Shown: positions 46,436-56,174 of the stretch, piece after piece
Layout of the letters: the number at the start of each line of letters is the position of its first letter
Numbering within the stretch: the stretch's first letter is position 1
Assembly (NCBI GenBank): GCA_022601335.1
Contig: JAJACV010000049.1
Location: forward strand, 1,176-65,175
Direction of reading: 5' to 3'
Source of the DNA: Chlamydiota bacterium
GTDB taxonomy: Bacteria > Chlamydiota > Chlamydiia > Chlamydiales > JAAZZY01
DNA: 64,000 bases
Notes under the pieces: generated by a model
The model's input: the letters and a program-made list of their open reading frames with translations, nothing else
Database searches by the model: none
Told to the model about the DNA's origin: nothing
Position numbers and translations under genes: made by a program

Positions 46436-47019
46436 TCCTCAATTTATCAGCTTTAGAATCAGGATTAATTAGTAATTTTCATAAACTCTCACAGGATATA
46501 GGCGTTTCAAACCCAACTATTAGTGAATATTATCAAATTCTTGTTGATTGTCTTGTAGCAGAGAGAATTGATGCACTGTCTCATTCTCATACTCGAAAAA
46601 AATTGATTAAATCACCCAAATTTCTAATCTTTGATCTCGGTGTTAGAAGAATGGCTGCAGGAGAAGGCCTGGATATTCCAGAAAAGTATATGGGAGACTT
46701 ATTTGAACAATGGGTGGGTTTAGAATTATTACGTGAGATGAGAACTAAACCCATAAAAAGCTCTCTTATGTTTTGGCGTGATCAATCAGGAGCTAAAGTA
46801 GACTGGATTGTGGAAAAACAAAATCGTTATATTCCAGTTGAAGTCAAATGGACAAAGAATCCAAGTGTAAAAGATGCAAGGCACATTCTCACTTTTCTTG
46901 ATGAATATGAAAATTCTTCGAAAGGATATGTTGTATGCAGAGTGTCTCGAGCTCAAAAGTTAACAGATCGTGTAACTGCCATTCCCTGGACAGATATACC
47001 GATAATTTTAGAAGAGTAG
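46436..47019 (+). pseudogene. 5'-truncated DUF4143-type AAA ATPase gene (second remnant)
   Basis: The in-frame translation from 46436 reads LNLSALESGLISNFHKLSQDIGVSNPTISEYYQILVDCLVAERI...KSPKFLIFDLGV...VDWIVEK...PVEVKW. The Walker A/B half of the gene is absent, and a stop lies immediately upstream. Confidence 0.6.
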
Positions 47020-47136
47020 ATGAGCGGAGTAAAGAGCTATTCAATACTTTTTTTAACCTTGTTGAAGAATTACAATTCTGATGAATTTAATCTGAAATGC
47101 TGCTAAAATAGTCTTGAATTTCTATAAATATCTATC

Positions 47137-47823
47137 ATGTATTCATTTTCTAAAAAAATTTCTGTTATTTTATTGGCGGGCGGTCTTGGAACTAGAATGA
47201 AGGCTCAGAAACCCAAGCAATTCTTAAAGCTTTTCGGGAAAGAAATAGCTCTCTACTCCTTTGAAATTTTTTCTAACCATCCTCAAGTACACGAAATTGT
47301 AGTGGTTTGTGAAGCTGAATACCAACCTATGTTTACATCTCCCCATAAACCTGTTTATTTTGCAAATCCTGGAAAAAGGCGCCAAGACTCAACCTACAAT
47401 GGTCTTCAAAAAGTCTCTAAAGAAGAGCATTTAGTTTGTGTTCATGATGCAGCAAGACCTTGTTTGGATTTGGAAATATTAAATAACCTTTTTGAAGTGG
47501 CCTATGAGTATAAAGCGGCAACATTAGGGATTCGCGCCACATCTACTTTGAAAGAAGTCAATGCAGATGGCTTTTTAGTGAAGTCTATTGAAAGAAAGAA
47601 AGTTTGGATGATACAAACTCCTCAAGTGATACTAAAAAGCCTTATGGAAAAAGGGTTTCAAAAAGCGAAGGAAAATGGCTTAGAAGTCACTGACGAAACC
47701 TCATTAATCAATTTAATCGGCCATCGCGTAAAAATGGTAGAAAGCACTTCTGAAAATATAAAGCTCACCGAGCCTGCAGATCTCGAAATTATTGAATCTT
47801 TTTTATCAAAAAAGGATAAATAG
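47137..47823 (+). CDS. ispD: 2-C-methyl-D-erythritol 4-phosphate cytidylyltransferase
   Basis: ILLAGGLGTRMKAQKPKQFL and the VHDAARP motif. Confidence 0.9.
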   Translation: MYSFSKKISVILLAGGLGTRMKAQKPKQFLKLFGKEIALYSFEIFSNHPQVHEIVVVCEAEYQPMFTSPHKPVYFANPGKRRQDSTYNGLQKVSKEEHLVCVHDAARPCLDLEILNNLFEVAYEYKAATLGIRATSTLKEVNADGFLVKSIERKKVWMIQTPQVILKSLMEKGFQKAKENGLEVTDETSLINLIGHRVKMVESTSENIKLTEPADLEIIESFLSKKDK

Positions 47824-47824
47824 T

Positions 47825-48571
47825 ATGAAACGTAGATATAGGTTAACTATTGCTTATGATGGGACAAAATTCTCAGGTTGGCAAATTCAACCCAATGCAA
47901 AGACCATTCAAGAAGAACTACAAAAAGCCCTCTCAACGATTTTGAGAACACCCTTGAGTATTGTCGGCTCAGGACGCACAGATCAAGGTGTTCATGCGAA
48001 AGGACAAGTAGCCCATTTTGAAGTGGATCATGGACTGGATCATGAAAGGGTTTTGTTATCTCTAAATGGTTTATTACCCACACAAATTAGAGTTAAAGCC
48101 TTAGATATAGTGGATAAAGATTTTCATGCATGCTACAGCGCTAAAACAAAAATATATCACTACCATTTGTGGTTAGAGTCTGTTGTTGATCCTATCTTAT
48201 ATCGCTATCGACTTCATATGAGAAAGCCTCTGGACTTAAAGTTGATTCAAAAAGCAGCTCGAAAATTCGTAGGTTTAAAAGATTTCACTTCCTTTGCTAA
48301 TTTAAGAGGGCCCGGGGTTTTTTATAAAAATGCCGTACGTAACCTCAAAAGACTAGATCTTGTTTTCGAAGAAGGGGGAGTGCGTCTAGAGTTTGAAGGA
48401 GAAGGATTTTTATATAAAATGGTAAGAAATATTACAGGAGTCCTTTTAGAAGTAGGTCAAAAAAGGCGAAGTATTCTATCTATAGATGAATTATTTGAAG
48501 CAAGAAATAGACAAGCTATTGGAATGCCAGCTCCTGCACACGCCCTGTTTTTATATAAGGTAAATTATTAG
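47825..48571 (+). CDS. truA: tRNA pseudouridine(38-40) synthase
   Basis: RYRLTIAYDGTKFSGWQIQ and the catalytic GSGRTDQGVHA. The ATG lies 1 nt after the ispD stop. Confidence 0.92.
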   Translation: MKRRYRLTIAYDGTKFSGWQIQPNAKTIQEELQKALSTILRTPLSIVGSGRTDQGVHAKGQVAHFEVDHGLDHERVLLSLNGLLPTQIRVKALDIVDKDFHACYSAKTKIYHYHLWLESVVDPILYRYRLHMRKPLDLKLIQKAARKFVGLKDFTSFANLRGPGVFYKNAVRNLKRLDLVFEEGGVRLEFEGEGFLYKMVRNITGVLLEVGQKRRSILSIDELFEARNRQAIGMPAPAHALFLYKVNY

Positions 48572-51070
48572 ATGGATTCATTGTCTAAAAAAATAAATGC
48601 TTTCTCTGGCAAGAGAGCTCATATCCTTAGAAAAGGATTACATGGGCTTGAAAAAGAAAGCCTGAGAGTTGACTCTTTAAAACGATTGGCTCAAACACCT
48701 CATCCACCTTACTTAGGCTCAGCTCTCACACACCCCTACTTTAGTAAAGATTTTGCTGAAGCTCAGCTAGAACTTATTACACCTCCTCTTGAATCAATAG
48801 AGCAAGCCTTTTCTCACCTTGAAGATTTACATCTCTATATTTACCAATATATGAAAGATGAGTGGCTGTGGCCTGTTAGTGTTCCATGCACTCTATTAGA
48901 TAAAAAAAATATTACTCTTGCAAAATTTGGATTTACACATGAGGGATACACAAAATGGCTCTACAGACGAGGGTTAAGCTCTCGCTATGGCAATGCTATG
49001 CAACTTCTCTCAGGAATACACTATAGCTTTTCATTTTCTAATGAATTTTGGCAAATCTATCATCAATTACTACAGTCAAAACAAAGCATAAATGGATTTG
49101 TTACGAAGCACTACCTTCACTTAGTCCGTAATTTTTTGCGGGTAGGGTGGATTTGTAGCTATTTGTTTGGAGCTTCTCCAATCATCGATAAAACATACGT
49201 AGATCAGCCAAGTAATCTACTCAAGTCCTACTGTAAAGATTCTCTCTACAACCCCTATGCCACCTCTATCAGAATGAGCCAATTAGGCTATTTTAGTAAG
49301 ATTCAAAGCCAAAATGCCATTACTTTTAATAGCCTAGACGAATACTTAAGAGATCTTAAGTTTATGTTGAATACTCCAAGTGAAGAGTTTAAAGATTTGG
49401 GATTGTTTTCTCAAAATGAACAAATTCAAATAAATGAAAATATCCTTCAAATTGAAGCCGAGCACTATGCTCGTATTCGTCCTAAACCTAAGCATACAGA
49501 GGGTGAGAGGCCTCTAGTCTCATTAAAAGGAGGGGTAGAGTACTTTGAAACACGTATTTTAGACTTAAATCCCTATATGCCAAATGGACTGGATGACGAG
49601 ACATTAAAATTTATGCACCTTCTCTTCGTTTATTGTTTATTTGAAGAAAGCCCCCCTATAACTAAAGAAGAAAGCCGTTTAATCTGTGAAAACCAAAATA
49701 ATGTGGCATTAATGGGGAGAAAAAAAGGCCTCAATCTCAAAATAGGAAGAAATGGAGAAAAAATTTCTCTCAAAAAAGGGTCTCTAAATATCCTTGAGCA
49801 GCTTGATAAAGTAGCTCTCCTTTTTGATGAAGGTGATCCTAAAAAACTCTATCAAAATGCTTTAAAGCAGCAGTATGAAAAAATATACGATCCCGAAAAG
49901 ACTCCTTCAGCTAAGATTTTAGAGGACCTTATCAAAAAAAAGAAAAGCTTCGTTGATTTTACTTTTTCATTAGCTAAGAAACACAAAAATTATTTTCTTT
50001 CAAAAAAATTAACGGACACCACTCATAAAAACCTCACGAAACTTGTCAAAAAGTCTCTGGAAGAGCAATCCGAAAGAGAAGAACTTGAAGACTTGAAGCT
50101 TCCTGGATATGAAGATCTGGAGGTTTCAACGCAGGCTCTTATCAAAGAAGCAATGAAGCAAGATATTAAAGTGTGTGTGTTAGATCGCAAAGAGAACTTA
50201 ATAAAATTAGAAAAAGGGAATAAAAAAGAGTATATCAAGCAAGCATCTCAAACACGATTAGACCCTTTAATAAGCTATTTTTTGATGGAAAATAAGCAAG
50301 TGACTAAATCAATTTTGAAAGAGAGAGGTTTGAGTGTTCCAAAGGGTTCGATTTATAAGTCTAAAGAACATGCCCACTCTGATTATCATAAGTTTTCTAG
50401 CAAAAAAGTAGTTGTTAAACCAAATGGTGCCAACATGGGAGAGGGGATTTCTTTTGTTGAGAAAAATCAAAGCTCGCTCTTTCTTAAAGCATTGTCTTTA
50501 GCTGAAGCACATCAATCACAAATTGTTGTGGAAGCATTTTGTCCAGGAGATGAATATCGCTTTTTAGTAATCAATGAACAGGTAGAGGCTGTTTGTAAAC
50601 GACTACCCGCACATATAGAGGGGGATGCAAAACATTCGATTTCAGAATTGATCAAATTAAAAAATAGTACGAATGAAGCAAAAGCTTCTTTTCAAAAAAA
50701 ATTGAAAATTTCGAAAGGTGAAAAAGAATATTTGTTGAAACAGGGGTTTCAGATCAACGATATCCCCAAAAAAAATACACTTGTCTTTCTTAAGCAAAAT
50801 AGTAATGTTTCTACGGGCGGAGAATCTATTGATATGACTGATGAAATGCCAACGTACTATAAAAAAATAGCCCTATCTGCTGCAAGTGCTGTTGGAGCAC
50901 AGATCTGCGGAATTGACATGCTAATTACTAGCCTAAAGAAAAAACCTGACAAGAGCTTGTATAGCATTATAGAGCTTAACTTTAATCCGGCCTTATATCT
51001 CCATCGATTTCCTTCAAAAGGGAAAAAAAGACGCGTGGAGCGAGCCATTTTGAAGGCTTTAGGATTTTAA
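48572..51070 (+). CDS. gshAB: Bifunctional glutamate--cysteine ligase / glutathione synthetase (GshAB/GshF type)
   Basis: The N-terminal ~500 aa are GshA-like (GLEKESLRV..., AQLELITPP, YARIRPK, EYFETRILD). The C-terminal ATP-grasp has VVVKPNGANMGEGI, NVSTGGESIDMTDEMP and IIELNFNPALYLH. Confidence 0.85.
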   Translation: MDSLSKKINAFSGKRAHILRKGLHGLEKESLRVDSLKRLAQTPHPPYLGSALTHPYFSKDFAEAQLELITPPLESIEQAFSHLEDLHLYIYQYMKDEWLWPVSVPCTLLDKKNITLAKFGFTHEGYTKWLYRRGLSSRYGNAMQLLSGIHYSFSFSNEFWQIYHQLLQSKQSINGFVTKHYLHLVRNFLRVGWICSYLFGASPIIDKTYVDQPSNLLKSYCKDSLYNPYATSIRMSQLGYFSKIQSQNAITFNSLDEYLRDLKFMLNTPSEEFKDLGLFSQNEQIQINENILQIEAEHYARIRPKPKHTEGERPLVSLKGGVEYFETRILDLNPYMPNGLDDETLKFMHLLFVYCLFEESPPITKEESRLICENQNNVALMGRKKGLNLKIGRNGEKISLKKGSLNILEQLDKVALLFDEGDPKKLYQNALKQQYEKIYDPEKTPSAKILEDLIKKKKSFVDFTFSLAKKHKNYFLSKKLTDTTHKNLTKLVKKSLEEQSEREELEDLKLPGYEDLEVSTQALIKEAMKQDIKVCVLDRKENLIKLEKGNKKEYIKQASQTRLDPLISYFLMENKQVTKSILKERGLSVPKGSIYKSKEHAHSDYHKFSSKKVVVKPNGANMGEGISFVEKNQSSLFLKALSLAEAHQSQIVVEAFCPGDEYRFLVINEQVEAVCKRLPAHIEGDAKHSISELIKLKNSTNEAKASFQKKLKISKGEKEYLLKQGFQINDIPKKNTLVFLKQNSNVSTGGESIDMTDEMPTYYKKIALSAASAVGAQICGIDMLITSLKKKPDKSLYSIIELNFNPALYLHRFPSKGKKRRVERAILKALGF

Positions 51071-51747
51071 GAAAATTTAGAAATTTTTTCGAAAGTTGGA
51101 AAGTGAACAACTTTTTTCTCATCTATCAATAATTGCATTTTTGCAGGGATATTTGAATTGATCAGAACAGGCTGTGCATTTGTTCCAAGCAAGGAGTAAA
51201 TTCCCCGAGGCGAGTCCTCAAAACCAATAACACGATCTCCCTGTTCATAGAAACGCTCAATAGCCGTTAAATAAGGTTCCGGGTGAGGCTTAGACTGATT
51301 ATAATCTTCACGAGTAATCCAGTTTTCAACCGTGTTTAAAATGGAATTCTGGCTCCTAATATAATCAACTTGCTCTTTTGGTGAGTGTGTGACAACAGAC
51401 CTCTTAATATTATGTTTACAAAGAGCGTTTAAAAAGATCTCAACTCCCGGCATTAACTCAATTTCTGTTTCACTCAAAATATCTAAGTAATGCTTTTTCT
51501 TTTCAGTATACAGAGTAGACCAATTGGGTTCTTCTTTGTGTAAAAGAGGTAGCGTTTTATAAATATCAACTCTCAGTTGCTTAGAATCGTAATGTGCAGA
51601 TTTTGTAAAATCTTCAAAAGACCAATTTAGGTCATGTCCTCGTCTTTCGCACATTCTTAGGTAAGCCCTATAGTGTAAAAGCTCCGTATTTACGAGTAAT
51701 CCATCGAAATCTAATAAGAAAAGTTGAAAATCATTTACCCAGTCCAT
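51067..51747 (-). CDS. HAD-superfamily hydrolase (phosphoglycolate phosphatase / beta-phosphoglucomutase-like)
   Basis: Motif I is FLLDFDGLLVNTE. Motif II is VVTHS. The C-terminal part is GFEDSPRG. Confidence 0.8.
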   Translation of the reverse strand: MDWVNDFQLFLLDFDGLLVNTELLHYRAYLRMCERRGHDLNWSFEDFTKSAHYDSKQLRVDIYKTLPLLHKEEPNWSTLYTEKKKHYLDILSETEIELMPGVEIFLNALCKHNIKRSVVTHSPKEQVDYIRSQNSILNTVENWITREDYNQSKPHPEPYLTAIERFYEQGDRVIGFEDSPRGIYSLLGTNAQPVLINSNIPAKMQLLIDEKKVVHFPTFEKISKFS

Positions 51748-51780
51748 ATGATGTGCCCTTCAGTTATCCTTGTGAAAATA

Positions 51781-52950
51781 ATGGTCAAAATGAATCAAAA
51801 GAAAATACATTGTATCACGTTTGCCCCCTTTCTTAAAGAGCTAAATGGTCATGTTAGAGATTACCATCAATCTCTTCATCAATTGTTTGCACTCAATGGT
51901 TGGAAAACAAAAACTCTAGTTAATGATCAGTGCTTAATAACAGATCTTTCAGAGGATTGGAAGAAAGTACTCTATTTTAATCCTAAATGGAGTAGAAGGC
52001 AGATTTTTTCTAAAATGTTTCCCATTCTCTTTAATATAAGATCATTCACCAAAACCGTACGCTCTTATTATAAAGCGTTATTAACTCACATTAAACCAGA
52101 AAAAGGAAGCGATACAGTATTACTCTTAGAAACATTCAATACGTTTCATCTCTATGCACTTGCAGTGATTTTGCCTTTTTTACCGACTAAAAATATACAT
52201 CTTTGGATTTTATATCGATACGATTCAAAACAACTTTTTTTTAAAGGAAAGAGGGATAAGAAAGTATTAAAGTGGATAGAAAAAATTCTCTGTAAGAAGA
52301 GGCTGACTCTTTTTGCAGATACTAACCTTTTGGCTGACGAACTATCTAATTTTTTTAAAAGGTCTGTTCATCTCGTACCTATTCCACACACATCAGGGAT
52401 TAATGCTTCTCAAAACTCTTATGAACAAAAAAGTAGTTACACATTGTGGTGGCCGGGTGTCCCTAGGCGTCCCAAAGGGCTTCACTCAATTCAAAAAATC
52501 ACCTCCTTAAAAGCTCCCATCAATCCTCAATTGACACTGCGTCTTTCTGAAAGAACTCCAGGGTTACCAGATAAAAGCCCTATTAAATTAGAAAGAGTTT
52601 CTGAAAATTTAGATAGAGTTGACTACCTCAATTTTTTGAAGAACTCCGATGCTATTTTGCTTCCATACAATATGTGGAATTATCGTTATTCAAGCTCAGG
52701 GATTTTTATTGAAGCTGTTTGTGCTCAAAAAATTCCTATTGTCAGTGAGGGCTTGTGGATTTCAGAAGAACTCAAAAAACACGGTTTAAAATCTTTAATA
52801 GTTAATTTTGAAGATACTCAAATTCTATTTAAAATAGTTGAACTGATACAAGATGAAAATGTGTACAACAAATTAAAGCTTATGAGTCAAGCTTATCAGA
52901 GTTTTCATAATGAACAATATTTTGCGAAACAGTTGCTTCAGTATTTGTAA
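51781..52950 (+). CDS. Hypothetical protein, possibly a GT-B glycosyltransferase
   Basis: Only the C-terminal pattern ILLPY....SSGIFIEAVCAQKIPIV resembles the GT1/GT4 E..G..EA...G.P.V motif. The start is uncertain (ATG at 51781 or 51790). Confidence 0.4.
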   Translation: MVKMNQKKIHCITFAPFLKELNGHVRDYHQSLHQLFALNGWKTKTLVNDQCLITDLSEDWKKVLYFNPKWSRRQIFSKMFPILFNIRSFTKTVRSYYKALLTHIKPEKGSDTVLLLETFNTFHLYALAVILPFLPTKNIHLWILYRYDSKQLFFKGKRDKKVLKWIEKILCKKRLTLFADTNLLADELSNFFKRSVHLVPIPHTSGINASQNSYEQKSSYTLWWPGVPRRPKGLHSIQKITSLKAPINPQLTLRLSERTPGLPDKSPIKLERVSENLDRVDYLNFLKNSDAILLPYNMWNYRYSSSGIFIEAVCAQKIPIVSEGLWISEELKKHGLKSLIVNFEDTQILFKIVELIQDENVYNKLKLMSQAYQSFHNEQYFAKQLLQYL

Positions 52951-53785
52951 GAAACTGCCATCTTTTTTTATCATCGCTTTTCTTCTGATATTTATCGGTG
53001 GCTGCAGGGGAGGGCTCAAAGAGACTGAATATCAAAAAAATCGAGAAGCTAACGCGGTTCGAGAAAAGATTTTCAGGTTAGATAAAGATCATTTTATTAG
53101 TATCAATATGCCTATGGCTGTTGCTTTAGACAGCTACCCATGGGAAAAAGAGGTTCAAGGAACCTACTCACTCATCACTAAAGAATTTTTTAGATGTAAG
53201 GGGCATTCAAATAATCCCTCTTTTTTGATAGATTCTAAAGAACGCTTGTTCGATTGTAGCGGATCTTCACGCCATAGCCTTCCCCTTAAAGATGGCCAAG
53301 AATTTATCCATTCGCCTCTTATAGACTTATTGAACTACCTCCAAAAAAAGCTTAATTCGAAAGTTGTTATTACATGCGGTCATAGGTGTCCACAGCACAA
53401 TAGGTATAGTGATCCTTCTGAATCAAATCGAACCTCAAAGCATATGGTCGGAGGAGAAGTTGATTTTTATGTCGTAGGATTTGAGAAAAAACCCGAAATT
53501 GTTGTCGATCTGTTAAAGCAATATTATCTTGAGAATGAAGAGACTCAAAATGATCCTCATTACATTCTTTTTAAACGCTATGAAAAAGCGGATGCTCATG
53601 TTTCAACTCCACCCTGGTATAACGCCGAGGTCTATATCAAAATTTGCCAAGAAAATGAAGGCCGCGATTTTGATAACAAGCACCCCTATCCATATATTAA
53701 CATTCAAGTAAGGCAGGATCGCAAAAGCCACGAAAAGGTAACTTATACCTGGCAGCAAGCTTTTTATAATTATCTTCGTTACTAA
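52910..53785 (+). CDS. Lipoprotein with an M15A/DUF882-type (LAS-fold) peptidoglycan peptidase domain
   Basis: Lipobox IFIGGC. ITCGHRCPQHN...SKHMVGGEVDF matches the SGYR..N....S.H..G.A.D pattern. Confidence 0.6.
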   Translation: MNNILRNSCFSICKKLPSFFIIAFLLIFIGGCRGGLKETEYQKNREANAVREKIFRLDKDHFISINMPMAVALDSYPWEKEVQGTYSLITKEFFRCKGHSNNPSFLIDSKERLFDCSGSSRHSLPLKDGQEFIHSPLIDLLNYLQKKLNSKVVITCGHRCPQHNRYSDPSESNRTSKHMVGGEVDFYVVGFEKKPEIVVDLLKQYYLENEETQNDPHYILFKRYEKADAHVSTPPWYNAEVYIKICQENEGRDFDNKHPYPYINIQVRQDRKSHEKVTYTWQQAFYNYLRY

Positions 53786-53870
53786 TATTGAGGTATTAAA
53801 AATCTTATTTGCTGTTTAAAATATAAAAGCGTATACATCGAAATTTACTTTCAATTTTTTGGATGAGCTT

Positions 53871-54728
53871 ATGAGAGTTATTGCAATAGTTAATCAAAAA
53901 GGAGGAACGGGAAAAACGACCACTGCTGTTAACTTGTCCGCAGCCATAGCGAAAAGTCACAAAAAAGTGTTACTTATTGACCTAGACCCTCAGGCATCTT
54001 CTTCCTATTGGCTCAATTTTAAAAAGCAAGGGCAAGGACTCATCAATGTTTTTTTAGATGAAAGACCTATTGAAGATACTGTTCTACAAACACCCTATGA
54101 AAATCTATGGATTCTGCCAGCCTCTCCACTCCTTGTGAGAGTTGAAAAAACGCTGGTAACTGAAGTCGGATCAGAACTCATTCTAAAGCAAAGAATCGAA
54201 GAATTGAAGCAGACTTGGGACTATATTATTTTTGATTGCCCCCCCAATTTGGGAACACTTTCTCTCAACGCGCTTACTGCAGCTCAAGAAGTACTCATAC
54301 CCGTTGAAACGCGTGTGATGGCGCTACATGGCCTTGTTCAACTACTCAATACAATAAAACTCGTACAGGCCAGGTTAAATCCAGAGCTTAAAATTTGTGG
54401 TGTGTTACCTTGCCGAGCCGATTTTAGAAATAATCATTCAAAAGAAGTTTTAGAACAGCTAAAAAATCGTTTCTCAAACGATATACTTAAGACTTATATT
54501 CGTGAAAATATTAAGCTTGCAGAAGCCTCTTTGCACTTAAAACCAATCACAAATTATGCCCCAAAAAGTCAAGGCTCTGAAGATTACCACAAGCTAGCAG
54601 CCGAAATTCTCAGTCAAGATCCCAACTTTATTAATGAACACACAGCTCAAGAGAGTCAAGAAGCCACTCTTAGTGAGCAAATGCTTGATATGGATGATAC
54701 AACGGTTGCAGATTCAGCCCTAGACTAG
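53871..54728 (+). CDS. parA: ParA/Soj family partition ATPase (no adjacent parB)
   Basis: MRVIAIVNQKGGTGKTTTAVNLS deviant Walker A, and IIFDCPP Walker B. The C-terminal tail is acidic. Confidence 0.9.
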   Translation: MRVIAIVNQKGGTGKTTTAVNLSAAIAKSHKKVLLIDLDPQASSSYWLNFKKQGQGLINVFLDERPIEDTVLQTPYENLWILPASPLLVRVEKTLVTEVGSELILKQRIEELKQTWDYIIFDCPPNLGTLSLNALTAAQEVLIPVETRVMALHGLVQLLNTIKLVQARLNPELKICGVLPCRADFRNNHSKEVLEQLKNRFSNDILKTYIRENIKLAEASLHLKPITNYAPKSQGSEDYHKLAAEILSQDPNFINEHTAQESQEATLSEQMLDMDDTTVADSALD

Positions 54729-54786
54729 CAGAATATTTCTTGTAATTATACTCTCATTTGAAATACCATGTCCTTCCAAATATCTT

Positions 54787-54869
54787 GCCGATGTGGCGAA
54801 ATGGTAGACGCGGTAGATTCAAAATCTACTCTTAGCAATAAGGTGCTGGTTCGAGTCCGGTCATCGGCA
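54787..54869 (+). tRNA. tRNA-Leu (anticodon CAA), class II; CCA not encoded
   Basis: Hand-folded. Acceptor GCCGATG/CATCGGC, anticodon stem GTAGA/TCTAC with loop TTCAAAA, and T-loop GGTTCGAGTCC. Confidence 0.95.
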
Positions 54870-54873
54870 TGTC

Positions 54874-54913
54874 ACCGGGCAAAATCTCAAAAAAGATCTT
54901 GTCCGGTTTTTTT
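54874..54913 (+). terminator. Rho-independent terminator after tRNA-Leu(CAA)
   Basis: ACCGGGCAAAATC (54874-54886) pairs with GATCTTGTCCGGT (54895-54907), with one mismatch and one G-U pair. A T7 run follows. Confidence 0.75.
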
Positions 54914-55105
54914 ATTTACTATTAAAGACTCCATTTTAAATTTTTCAGTGACTCGAATTGTGAAATACGGTGTCGATTAAAAGGTTTACTTGAGTACGTG
55001 TATAAAATTTCTTTCAATATATTTGTACAAATCCCTCTTTTTAAAAGAATTGAATGAAAACGGCTTTATAAACTACCCTTATCCATAAAACAGAGGATTT
55101 TTATT

Positions 55106-55597
55106 ATGTTGAGAGGTATTCATCGACCAACTTCGACTCCTAATTTAGCTTCACATTTTATAGATTCTGCTCGTGGAGATTGGAGTCAAGGTCATCCTAG
55201 AGTTTATAAAGAAAGCTTAGACAACGAAGAACATAATGCTCTCCTATATATTTTAGAAAATTTGGCTAAAAAATCACTACTTAAGCTGATGCTAATTCAA
55301 GGTAAATTGAAAGAAAGTGGAGCTCGTCTTGAGCATTTACATCCTTTAGCTTTTTTTATGGGTATTATGAATCACTCAAGCCTCAAAAATCACTTCTATA
55401 AGCTTAGGGATAAAGATAACTATGCGTGGAAAGAATTTACGCAAGGGGCCATTAACAGCTTTAAAGAAGAAAAATCAGGTGCGAATATTAACGACCATCA
55501 TATTGAGCACTTTTGTCAGGAAGTCGGAAAGGACCCTCATTTTGTCCGTCATCTCATGCATAACGAAAATTGGAATGAGTTCATAAGCCACCTATAA
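55106..55597 (+). CDS. Hypothetical protein, paralog A of a tandem pair
   Basis: ORF with an upstream AGAGGA. It shares the H(L/V)HPL...W(K)(E/I)F...FC..(V/I)G pattern with the next gene. Confidence 0.5.
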   Translation: MLRGIHRPTSTPNLASHFIDSARGDWSQGHPRVYKESLDNEEHNALLYILENLAKKSLLKLMLIQGKLKESGARLEHLHPLAFFMGIMNHSSLKNHFYKLRDKDNYAWKEFTQGAINSFKEEKSGANINDHHIEHFCQEVGKDPHFVRHLMHNENWNEFISHL

Positions 55598-55679
55598 TAA
55601 AAACCTTATGTTTTTATCTAATCTTTATACTACCTGTTTATGCTCTTATTTTGATTGATAAGAAAAACAGGAAAAATTT

Positions 55680-56174
55680 GTGTCTTCTATTGTAGATTCG
55701 AGAGTTTTGACAACAGCATTAAGTAATTCGCAGCCTCCTCTAAAGGGATTTCGACCTTATAGACAAGGCCTGATATCAAAAGATCAAGATAGCGTTTTGA
55801 GCCTTGTAAGTACACTTGCGGATTCCTCTTGGTTTAATTTGTTAACGAATCAAAGCTCTCTGGAAAGCAAGGGGAATAGTTTGGCTCATGTGCATCCATT
55901 AAACTTAATTGAATTTCTAGCAACTGATGAAAAGGCTTTTTCTAAATTTAGCTATATTAAAGTTGAAAGAAGTATGGTTTGGAAAATTTTTGCAAAGAGC
56001 CTTCGATTAAGTCTTGATAACGAGAAAAAAAAATTAAATGTTGAGCCATATATTTCAGAGTTTTGTTCCAGAATAGGCATCTCTGAGGACCTTGGGAGAA
56101 AACATATACAAGCTCATGATATTGATAATTTAGTTCAAGCAATTATAAAAAGAGGATGTGAAAGTGATAGGTAG
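55680..56174 (+). CDS. Hypothetical protein, paralog B of a tandem pair (GTG start)
   Basis: Same length class (164 aa) and colinear motifs with paralog A. Confidence 0.5.
   Translation: MSSIVDSRVLTTALSNSQPPLKGFRPYRQGLISKDQDSVLSLVSTLADSSWFNLLTNQSSLESKGNSLAHVHPLNLIEFLATDEKAFSKFSYIKVERSMVWKIFAKSLRLSLDNEKKKLNVEPYISEFCSRIGISEDLGRKHIQAHDIDNLVQAIIKRGCESDR

Noticed and set aside
54768-54980. A 70-aa ORF covering tRNA-Leu(CAA) and its terminator
   Set aside because: It is entirely explained by a well-folding tRNA gene plus a hairpin terminator, so there is no coding support.
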